Under the pieces are notes generated by a model. The model was given only the letters and a program-made list of their open reading frames with translations. It searched no databases and had not been told where the DNA came from. The position numbers were made by a program, and so were the translations under genes. A stretch of 64,000 nucleotides of DNA from Verrucomicrobiota bacterium (GTDB lineage Bacteria; Verrucomicrobiota; Verrucomicrobiia; Limisphaerales; CANJSG01). Shown here in pieces: positions 9,099 to 16,731 of this stretch. Position 1 is the stretch's first letter, and each line of letters opens with the position of its first letter. The stretch spans positions 1-64,000 of the forward strand of contig JBBQXJ010000014.1 of assembly GCA_038209745.1 (NCBI GenBank), written 5' to 3'.

Positions 9099-10502
9099 CT
9101 AAATCTTCTTCAAGCGAGGCCCCTTCGAAGTGTCCTCGATGACCCAGCCCTGGGCTTTGAGTTCGTCGCGGATGGCATCGGAACGTTTGAAGTCCCTGGC
9201 TTTGCGGGCGGCTTGGCGCTCTTCGAGGAGGGCGAGAAGTTCGGGGGGGGCTTCAGCGGCGGCGGGTTGGCCGAGGCCGAGGACCGTGTTCATCTGATCC
9301 CAAGCGGCCAGAGCCCCGGCGGCTGTTTTGGCGTCGAGTTGGTTCGACGCGATCGCACGGTTCAAGTCGCGGATCCAGTCGAAGACGGCGCCCCATGCGC
9401 CGGAGATGTTCAGATCTTCGGAGAGAGCCTTGGAGAACTTTTCCAAAACAACTGCGTCTGGCTCGCCTCCGGTTTGGCCGGCGAGATCGCGGAGTTTGGC
9501 GATGCACTCATTGATCCTGGCGAGGGCCGACTTGGCTCCGGCCAGTCCTTCCTGGGTGAAGTTGAACTGTTCGCGGTAGTGGGCGGTGAGCAGGAGGTAG
9601 CGGACTTCGCGGCCGCTGAAGCCTTTGGCCAGGAGATCACGTAGCGTGAAGAAGTTGCCGAGCGATTTGCTCATCTTCTTCCCTTCGACCAGCAGGTGCA
9701 TCCCGTGCATCCAGTGCTTCACGAAGGGCTTGCCGGTCGCGCCTTCGCTCTGGGCGATCTCGTCCTCGTGATGGGGGAACATCAGGTCCTCGCCGCCGAG
9801 GTGCAGGTCGAAGGTTTCGCCGAGCGCCTTCATGGCCATGGCGCTGCACTCGATATGCCAACCGGGTCGGCCTTCGCCCCAGGGGCTTTCCCAGAAAACG
9901 TCGCCGTCGTCGGGGACACGGGCTTTCCACAGGGCGAAGTCGGCCACGGATTCCTTCTCGTATTCGTCGCTGGCGACGCGTTCGCCCACACGCATCTCCT
10001 CGAAGTTCAGGTTCACCAGTTGGCCGTATTTGCAGCCGCAGCCGCGATACTTCTCGATGCTGAAGTAGACGGAACCGTCGCCGGCCTTGTAGGCGACGCC
10101 CTTGTCGATCAGGCGGGCGATCAGCGCGACGATGTCGGGAATATGCTCGGTGGCTCTGGGAGTCTCGTGCGGCTTGAGGCAGCCGACGGTTTCCAGATCC
10201 TTGAAGAACTCCGCTTCATATTGGCTGGTGAACTCGGCGAGAGTCCGGCCCGTTTCGCGGACCTTGCGGATGATCTTGTCCTCCACGTCGGTGAGGTTCA
10301 TCACGTGCTTCACGGAGAATCCGCGAAACTCGAGCCAACGGCGGACGAGGTCGGCGAAGACGAAGGTGCGGATGTTCCCAATGTGGGCGAAGTCGTAGAC
10401 CGTCGGACCGCAACAGTAGAGGCCGACCGCCTTGCCGGCGGGATCGAGCGGGACGAAGTCTTCGACGCAGCGCGTCAGGGTATTGAACAGTCGGAAAGCC
10501 AT
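9099..10502 (-). CDS. cysS: Cysteine--tRNA ligase
   Basis: CGPTVYDFAHIGN, DFALWK, GRPGWHIECSAM, FPHHEDE and KMSKS. Start MAFRLFNTL at 10502. Confidence 0.98.
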   Translation of the reverse strand: MAFRLFNTLTRCVEDFVPLDPAGKAVGLYCCGPTVYDFAHIGNIRTFVFADLVRRWLEFRGFSVKHVMNLTDVEDKIIRKVRETGRTLAEFTSQYEAEFFKDLETVGCLKPHETPRATEHIPDIVALIARLIDKGVAYKAGDGSVYFSIEKYRGCGCKYGQLVNLNFEEMRVGERVASDEYEKESVADFALWKARVPDDGDVFWESPWGEGRPGWHIECSAMAMKALGETFDLHLGGEDLMFPHHEDEIAQSEGATGKPFVKHWMHGMHLLVEGKKMSKSLGNFFTLRDLLAKGFSGREVRYLLLTAHYREQFNFTQEGLAGAKSALARINECIAKLRDLAGQTGGEPDAVVLEKFSKALSEDLNISGAWGAVFDWIRDLNRAIASNQLDAKTAAGALAAWDQMNTVLGLGQPAAAEAPPELLALLEERQAARKARDFKRSDAIRDELKAQGWVIEDTSKGPRLKKI

Positions 10503-10622
10503 GTTTTTGGTGTAGGAAGATGGGGCACGGGAATCCGCGGGGCAATTGCGGAGTCGCACGGGAGGCGGCGGCCGAGAACGTGAAGTTGCGGGTTGAACCG
10601 GCCGGGAGGAAGCTGGGTTTCA

Positions 10623-11717
10623 ATGAGCAGACGGCGGGCAGTTTCAATCGGATTGGCGGCGACGGCGGCCGTATTGGCGCTGGTCGCCGCATGCTGGTGG
10701 CGCCCCCTCTCTCGCCCGGCCCGCGCAGAGAGAGCGATGCGAGACGCCCTCGGGACTGGCTGGCCGGGAACCAACGAAGCCCACCGAATCGTCCAACAGC
10801 TTCCGACCGGGGACGCCCTTCACGTCTTGGTGGATCTGCTGCGCACACCCGAGCCGTCCTTCGTCCAAATGTATCAGAGGGTCTGGTTCGAGTTGCCCGA
10901 CGGATTGCGGAAGATTGTTCCAGGCCCAACGTCATCGGGGCCGGTCGAGATGTGCGCCTACCAGTGGCTGGCGGAAACGTTGACCCGCACGAATGTAACA
11001 GTGGAGCCCCTGATGCCCTTGTTGAGGGAGAAGCCGGATCTCTTCTGGAACGTTCTGCCGCAGCCGCTGCTCGTGCACTTGAACGCGCACCAGGGGGACG
11101 TGCGCAAGCTGGTGCCGCTGCTTCGAAGCAAGGACTTCAAAGTGGTCAACGTGGTCAGCCATCTGGTGGCAAGCTCGGACAGGGAAGGCGTGTCGGAACC
11201 GGAATTTCGCCGACTGGTCTCGGTTGTTCCCGACGACCGGGTGAGCCAAATGGTCAACGGACTTGTCGGGGTGACGCGCACGCCGGACGACACGGCGAAC
11301 TGGTTGTGGGCCGAGATCGATCGACAGGGCTCGAACCGGGCGAAGGTGCTCATTCCGGCGGTCCGGCAGCTGGAGTTCCGAATTCGGCGCGAGGTCGGTT
11401 TCCTGGGGCTGCGATTGGGTTCGACGAACCGCATGGTGCGTTTGGGCGCGCTGGAGGTGGCCGCTTCGCATCCGTCCAGAGCGGCCCAAGCCTTTGAGCG
11501 GATCGTGCAACTGGCGTCATCGTCCGATCCCGAAGAACGGGCCTTCGCCTTGAGGGCGTGTGTGCTTGTGGCCGCGTCGCCCCAGCGTCCGCTGGCGATG
11601 CGGACGGAGGCGGCGCGGGTGGTTCACGAGTCCGGCGACGGCGAATCGGTCAAGGCGGCGCAGGAGCGGGAATTGCCCGACGCGATGAAGGCGGCTTTGC
11701 CCGGGCTGGAACCTTAG
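10623..11717 (+). CDS. Hypothetical membrane-anchored helical (HEAT-like) protein
   Basis: N-terminal TM helix; C-terminal HEAT-like segments (MVRLGALEVA, DPEERAFALRA). Confidence 0.6.
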   Translation: MSRRRAVSIGLAATAAVLALVAACWWRPLSRPARAERAMRDALGTGWPGTNEAHRIVQQLPTGDALHVLVDLLRTPEPSFVQMYQRVWFELPDGLRKIVPGPTSSGPVEMCAYQWLAETLTRTNVTVEPLMPLLREKPDLFWNVLPQPLLVHLNAHQGDVRKLVPLLRSKDFKVVNVVSHLVASSDREGVSEPEFRRLVSVVPDDRVSQMVNGLVGVTRTPDDTANWLWAEIDRQGSNRAKVLIPAVRQLEFRIRREVGFLGLRLGSTNRMVRLGALEVAASHPSRAAQAFERIVQLASSSDPEERAFALRACVLVAASPQRPLAMRTEAARVVHESGDGESVKAAQERELPDAMKAALPGLEP

Positions 11718-11795
11718 CGGGAAAGGCCGCTCGATCCCCGCCTCCGATCCGGGAGCGAACTTTTGAGGAGAGGGCGTGCGGCTTCGCTCCACCCG

Positions 11796-12530
11796 TCAAA
11801 CGCCGCCGAAGCGACGGTGGCGGCGGGCGTATTCTTCGAGGGCGGCGATCAACTGGGCTTTGCGGAAATCCGGCCAGAGAGTCTCGGTGACCACGAATTC
11901 GGCGTAGCTGATCTGCCAGAGGAGGAAGTTGCTCACTCGGACTTCGCCGCTGGTGCGGATGAGAAGATCCGGATCGGGCCATGGGCTGGTGTAGAGATGG
12001 TCGGCGATGACCCGCTCGGTGATCTCGGCCGGGTCGAGCTTTCCGTCCTTCACCTTGGCCGCGATGGCGCGGGTGGCTTCGACGATCTCGGTGCGGCCGC
12101 CGTAGCTGAGGGCCAGAACCAGCGTGAGGCCATTGTTCTTGGCGAGGGCGGCCTGGGTCTTCTTGAGCTGTTCCTGGACGAATTCCGGGAGCCGCCAGAT
12201 CTGGCCGATGGCTTCGAGGCGGACGTTGTTCCGGGTCAACTCGCCGATCTCGTTCTTCAGGAACCGGGCGAGGAACTTCATCAAGGTGTCGACCTCGTCC
12301 TTGGGCCGGTTCCAGTTTTCGACGGAGAACGCGTAGAGGGTGAGGAATTTGATCCCGACTTCACCCGCCGCCCGAACGATGGCCCGCACCGACTCGACGC
12401 CGTTGCGATGGCCTTCGACGCGGGGCAATCCGCGCTGCTTCGCCCAACGCCCGTTGCCGTCCATGATGACCGCGACATGGGTCGGGAGGTTGGAGAGGGC
12501 CTGGGCGGAAAGCTGGGGAGTGGTGCTCAA
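11796..12530 (-). CDS. uppS: Undecaprenyl diphosphate synthase (isoprenyl transferase)
   Basis: HVAVIMDGNGRWA, YAFSVENWNRP, DPDLLIRTSGEVRVSNFLLWQ and RRFGG. Confidence 0.97.
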   Translation of the reverse strand: MSTTPQLSAQALSNLPTHVAVIMDGNGRWAKQRGLPRVEGHRNGVESVRAIVRAAGEVGIKFLTLYAFSVENWNRPKDEVDTLMKFLARFLKNEIGELTRNNVRLEAIGQIWRLPEFVQEQLKKTQAALAKNNGLTLVLALSYGGRTEIVEATRAIAAKVKDGKLDPAEITERVIADHLYTSPWPDPDLLIRTSGEVRVSNFLLWQISYAEFVVTETLWPDFRKAQLIAALEEYARRHRRFGGV

Positions 12531-12531
12531 G

Positions 12532-12915
12532 TTACTCGGTCGGTTTGTTTGTCAATTGAACCAGACATTCCGAAGTGTTGGTCCAGTAGGTCGTAGTGGC
12601 ATTTACTTCGTTGGTTCGTCCTAGAACCAGCGCAACATACTTTTCATAGACATTGTCTTCAGGCCCATTGACCAACCGCTTCAGCCGGAACGAGGCCGAG
12701 GAAATGAATGGGGATCGCAGCCGCCCCCGCCGCCGGACCCGGACGCGTCCGGACATACGAGGCGGGGAATCGTTTCCTGCGGCTCCGATGAACCGCGAGG
12801 GCGCGGCCCACTGCGCCCGGGGCGGGCGCGCTCCCCCATCCCCGTTCCGGCTTAGTGCGAGGGCTGCCGCGAAAAGCGCACTGACAGCCAAACCAATCTT
12901 GGCGAAGGCTTTCAT
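12532..12915 (-). CDS. Small exported hypothetical protein carrying an in-frame repeat insertion (possibly a relic)
   Basis: Signal-like N-terminus MKAFAKIGLAVSALFAAALAL. The central part is the dispersed repeat at 12684-12851. Flanks are lower in GC. Confidence 0.4.
   Translation of the reverse strand: MKAFAKIGLAVSALFAAALALSRNGDGGARPPRAQWAAPSRFIGAAGNDSPPRMSGRVRVRRRGRLRSPFISSASFRLKRLVNGPEDNVYEKYVALVLGRTNEVNATTTYWTNTSECLVQLTNKPTE
12684..12851. repeat. Dispersed palindromic MITE/REP-like repeat, copy A
   Basis: Terminal IR gccggaacg / cgttccggc with flanks tca / tta. Core gaaatgaatggggatcgcagccgccc...ctgcgcccggggcgggcg(c/t)gctcccc is shared with copy B. Confidence 0.85.
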
Positions 12916-12959
12916 GGTAATTCAGCCGCACCCGCACTGATTGATCCGACACAAGAAGC

Positions 12960-13111
12960 CCGAAGTGGCATCCCACCGCAGCTTTCACCATCACATGCAA
13001 TTCCTCCACCGAATCAGCCTGGGTGAAGATGTCGTGGCCCAACGGCTGGGCGCTGTAGCCGCCGTCCACTTCGTCCTCGCGGACCTCAAAGATGATCTCG
13101 GAAGCGGTCAT
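12960..13111 (-). pseudogene. HicB-like antitoxin fragment without a cognate toxin
   Basis: MTASEIIFEVREDEVDGGYSAQPLGHDIFTQADSVEELHVMVKAAVGCHF fits the short HicB-like pattern. The frame then runs on into unrelated sequence (track ORF ends at 12659). No hicA nearby. Confidence 0.6.
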
Positions 13112-13151
13112 GGTCGGAGATGGGTCCCCGCTACCGGGACCCGTCAAAGCC

Positions 13152-14420
13152 TCACAGGAACATCGTCTGGTCGCGGCCGGGGCCGACGGAGGCGATGGAG
13201 AGCTTGGCCCCGGTGAGCTCCGCGACGGCCTTCAGGTAGGCCCGGCACTTGGCGGGGAGCTTCTTGTATTCGGTGATCTTCTCGGTGGGCGTCTTCCAAC
13301 CGTCGAAGTCGGCATAGATCGGCTCCACGCGGCCGAGGTCTTCCAGATCGCTCGGGAGGTGGTCGATGTGTTTGCCGTCGAGCTTGTAGCTCAGGACCAG
13401 CCGGATGTTCTCGAGGCTGTCGAGGCCGTCGATGTTGGTGATGGCGAGTTCATCGATGCCGTTGACCATCGTGGCGTGGCGGGTCACGACGGTGTCGAGC
13501 CAGCCGCAACGGCGGGCGCGTCCAGTGGTGGAGCCATATTCACGGCCCATGCCGTGGAGCATGTCGGAAATCTCCTGGCTCTCGCTGGGGAAGGGGCCTT
13601 CGCCGACGCGGGTGGTGTAGGCCTTCATCACGCCGACCACCCGGTCCATGCGATGGGGAGGGACGCCGGATCCGGTGCAGGCGCCGCCGGCGGTGGTGTT
13701 CGACGAAGTGACGTAGGGATAGGTGCCGTGGTCGATGTCGAGGAACGTGCCTTGCGCGCCTTCGAAGAGGATGTCCTTGCCCTGCTGCATGGCCTTGTGG
13801 AGCAACACGACGGTGTTGGTCACGTAGGGCGCGAGACGATCGCCGGCGGCACGGTAGGCGTCGTGGACCTTCTTGTAGGAAAGGGGGATGGCTCCGAGGG
13901 CCTTGAGGACGGCGTTGTTCTCCTTGATCCGTTCCTTGAGCTTGGCGGCGAAGCGATCGGGCTTGATCAGGTCGATCATGCGGAGGCCGACGCGGGCGAC
14001 TTTGTCGCCGTAGGCCGGGCCAATGCCGCGCTTCGTGGTGCCGATCTTGTTCTTGCCCTTGAGCGCTTCGCGCTGGGCGTCGAGCTCGCGGTGATAGGGG
14101 AACACGATGTGGGCCGTCTCGCTGATGTAGAACTTGCCGCCGACCTTGATGCCGAGCTTCTCCAGACCGTCGAGCTCAGCGACGAGCGCCACGGGATCGA
14201 TGACGACGCCGTTGCCGACGACGTTGGTCTTGCCCTTCCAGAGGATGCCGGAGGGGATGAGGTGGAGGACGTATTTGGTCTTGCCGACCCAGACAGTGTG
14301 GCCGGCGTTGTTGCCGCCCTGGGTCCGGACCACGACGTCGGCCTGTTCGGTCAGGACGTCGATGATCTTTCCTTTGCCTTCGTCGCCCCATTGGGCGCCG
14401 ACGAGAATCGTGTTGGCCAT
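13152..14420 (-). CDS. purA: Adenylosuccinate synthetase
   Basis: GAQWGDEGKGK, QGGNNAGHT, GTTKRGIGPAY, FEGAQG...DHGTYPYVTSS and TTGRARRCGW. Start MANTILVG at 14420. Confidence 0.98.
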   Translation of the reverse strand: MANTILVGAQWGDEGKGKIIDVLTEQADVVVRTQGGNNAGHTVWVGKTKYVLHLIPSGILWKGKTNVVGNGVVIDPVALVAELDGLEKLGIKVGGKFYISETAHIVFPYHRELDAQREALKGKNKIGTTKRGIGPAYGDKVARVGLRMIDLIKPDRFAAKLKERIKENNAVLKALGAIPLSYKKVHDAYRAAGDRLAPYVTNTVVLLHKAMQQGKDILFEGAQGTFLDIDHGTYPYVTSSNTTAGGACTGSGVPPHRMDRVVGVMKAYTTRVGEGPFPSESQEISDMLHGMGREYGSTTGRARRCGWLDTVVTRHATMVNGIDELAITNIDGLDSLENIRLVLSYKLDGKHIDHLPSDLEDLGRVEPIYADFDGWKTPTEKITEYKKLPAKCRAYLKAVAELTGAKLSIASVGPGRDQTMFL

Positions 14421-14467
14421 AAATTGAATCGAAATCGCGGGACTCACCCGCGGCGACTCCGGACAGC

Positions 14468-14491
14468 AAAAAACCCCGAGCAAATCGGGGT
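14468..14491 (-). terminator. Intrinsic terminator inside the purA 5' leader (attenuator-like)
   Basis: Minus strand ACCCCGA-TTTGC-TCGGGGT followed by TTTTT, ending about 48 nt upstream of the purA ATG, with no gene upstream on that strand for it to terminate. Confidence 0.75.
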
Positions 14492-14514
14492 GTGCGACCG
14501 GTCTTTGCGGCGGG

Positions 14515-14544
14515 ACGTTAGAGACCATGGCTCCGGGGTGTCAA
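14515..14544 (-). promoter_or_regulatory. Sigma-70-type promoter for purA
   Basis: TTGACA (14544-14539), 18 nt, TAACGT (14520-14515). Predicted +1 near G14508. Confidence 0.65.
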
Positions 14545-14617
14545 ACCGGAAGGTCGGAATCCCAACTATCCGGCACGTCCTGTTTGACGCTGGAAAGGAA
14601 AGGCGGACAGTTCCTGC

Positions 14618-15100
14618 ATGAAAACGGTGCTCCTATTTCTCGTGCTGGCCGGGGCGGTCGCCTCGGGGGCCGAACAGACCAACGGCCCGGTCGCCGTGAC
14701 GGTCCCGGTCCCGGTCCAGCCCAGCCCGTCCACCGAGGTTCCAAAAGCGGCTGTCGCGGAGGCTCCATCCCCCGGTCCGATTGGCTTGGTTGCGGCGCCG
14801 GTCGCACGGAGTGCGGCTTCCATGCCCCTGACGCCTGAGAACCTCCCGAAGATCGAGCCCAAGATCCCGGTCGAGGGAATCGAGGGGCGGCATGTAAACT
14901 ACACGGGTGTGGTTCCGCGCGTCGTGAAAGCGGATGGAATCCAAGGGGTGCTCCATCTCTTCAATCCTTTCGCCCCGTTGAGCCCGGCGGAGAAGCACTG
15001 GGCGGTGGCGGTAAGGGATCGGCCGGCTCCCCGGGGATTCGTGGACGACACCAAGCTGGAACCGGTCGGCATCACGCTGATCTCGGTCGAGACCAAGTGA
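14618..15100 (+). CDS. Secreted hypothetical protein
   Basis: Signal peptide MKTVLLFLVLAGAVASGA, Pro-rich linker, C-terminal LFNPFAP motif. Confidence 0.7.
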   Translation: MKTVLLFLVLAGAVASGAEQTNGPVAVTVPVPVQPSPSTEVPKAAVAEAPSPGPIGLVAAPVARSAASMPLTPENLPKIEPKIPVEGIEGRHVNYTGVVPRVVKADGIQGVLHLFNPFAPLSPAEKHWAVAVRDRPAPRGFVDDTKLEPVGITLISVETK

Positions 15101-15158
15101 ATCGACCCGGAGGATCGCAGAGCGGGTTCGTTAGTTGGCGCTGAAAGACGCGGGGGGG

Positions 15159-16700
15159 TCACTTGATCGCCTTACGCGGCGTCTGGGCAGCGGGTCCTTG
15201 TCCGTAGGCGGTGGGTTCGTCGTCTTTGGGAACTTTCAACTCTGCGCGGAGGCGGACGATCTCGGCCTTCAGCTTTTCGACCGTGGCAGCGTTTTCGGGA
15301 AGGCCCGCGACGTCGCGCAGTTCATTCGGATCCGACTGCCGGTCGAACAGCTGCCAATCGTCCACGTCCGGCGTGTAGAAGTGGACCAGTTTGTAGCGGT
15401 CGGTCACGACTCCGTAGTGGGGGTGGACGTGGTGCGGTTGGGGGTATTCGTAGTAATGGTAGTAGAAGCTCGTCCGCCAATCCTTCGGTGTTTCTCCTCT
15501 GAGGATCGGCACGAGGCTCTTGCCCTGCATGTCGCCCGGGATCGGAAGATGCGCGGCGTCGAGGAAGGTCTCGGCGAAGTCCAGATTGGAAACGATGTCG
15601 CGGCTTTGGCTGCCGGGCTTGGTGACTCCCGGCCACCGAACGATCAGCGGCGTGCGGAGCGATTCCTCGAAGATCCAACGCTTGTCGAACCAGCCGTGCT
15701 CTCCGAGGTAGAAGCCCTGGTCGGCGGAATAGATGACGATGGTGTTGTCGGCGAGCCCCTCGTCGTCGAGATATTTGAGGATCTGCCCGACGCTCTCGTC
15801 CACGGAGCGGATGCAGCCGAGGTAGTCGTGGAGGTAGCGGTTGTATTTCCAACGGACGAGGTCTTTGCCGGTGAGATGGGCATTGGTGAAGGCTTCGTTG
15901 CGGGGTCCGTAGTAGGCGTCCCATTCCTTGCGCTGCTCTGCCGTCAGACGCGGGGGCGGGGTCTGTTTGAGGTCCTTCGGGGTCATCGTCTTTTCGATGG
16001 TCATGTCCTGGTCGCGCACGACCTTGCTCCGGTTCGCGTAGTCGTCGAAGAGCGTTTCCGGCTCCGGGTATTTCCGGTCGTTGTCATGGCCGAGATGGCG
16101 GAGGGCGGGTTCCCATTCGCGGTGCGGCGCCTTGTGCTGCGCCATCAGGAGAAAGGGCTTCGATTTGTCGCGGTGCTTCAGCCAATCGAGCGAACGCTCG
16201 GTGATGATGTCGGTGACGTAGCCCTCGGTCGCCACTCGGGTGCCGTTCCGGATCATGGGCGGATTGTAGTAGGCGCCCTGGCCCGGAAGGATGTCCCAGT
16301 AGTCGAAACCGGTGGGATCGGAGACCAGATGCCATTTGCCGATGATCGCGGTCTGGTAGCCGCCGGCCTGGAGGAGCTTGGCGACGGTCTGTTGGGAACC
16401 GTCGAAGCGGCTGTTCGAATTGTTGTAGAAGCCGTTCAGATGATTGTATTTCCCGGTGAGGATCGTGGCGCGGCTGGGGCCGCAGATGGAATTCGGCACG
16501 ACGCAGCGCTGGAAGAGCATCCCCTCCTTGGCGATCCGGTCGATGTTCGGCGTCTCGATCAGCTTGCGCGGGTCGTGGTAGGCGCCGATCGCCTGATACG
16601 CGTGGTCGTCCGAGAAGATGAAGACGATGTTCGGGCGCTGGGTGGCCGCCGAGACTGTGGCTGTGGTCAACGCGACGGCGAGGAACGGGAGAATTTTCAT
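15159..16700 (-). CDS. Sulfatase (N-acetylglucosamine-6-sulfatase-like)
   Basis: RPNIVFIFSDDH, CGPSRATILTG (formylglycine motif), GKWHL and DQGFYLGEHGWFDKR. Start at 16700 or 16712. Confidence 0.93.
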   Translation of the reverse strand: MKILPFLAVALTTATVSAATQRPNIVFIFSDDHAYQAIGAYHDPRKLIETPNIDRIAKEGMLFQRCVVPNSICGPSRATILTGKYNHLNGFYNNSNSRFDGSQQTVAKLLQAGGYQTAIIGKWHLVSDPTGFDYWDILPGQGAYYNPPMIRNGTRVATEGYVTDIITERSLDWLKHRDKSKPFLLMAQHKAPHREWEPALRHLGHDNDRKYPEPETLFDDYANRSKVVRDQDMTIEKTMTPKDLKQTPPPRLTAEQRKEWDAYYGPRNEAFTNAHLTGKDLVRWKYNRYLHDYLGCIRSVDESVGQILKYLDDEGLADNTIVIYSADQGFYLGEHGWFDKRWIFEESLRTPLIVRWPGVTKPGSQSRDIVSNLDFAETFLDAAHLPIPGDMQGKSLVPILRGETPKDWRTSFYYHYYEYPQPHHVHPHYGVVTDRYKLVHFYTPDVDDWQLFDRQSDPNELRDVAGLPENAATVEKLKAEIVRLRAELKVPKDDEPTAYGQGPAAQTPRKAIK

Positions 16701-16731
16701 GGGCAGTTTCATCGGATCCGAGGCGGCTCGA

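Noticed and set aside
14495..14512. GCAAAGACCGGUC resembles part of the c-di-GMP-I riboswitch
   Set aside because: The upstream GNRA-capped stem is absent; that position is occupied by the promoter.
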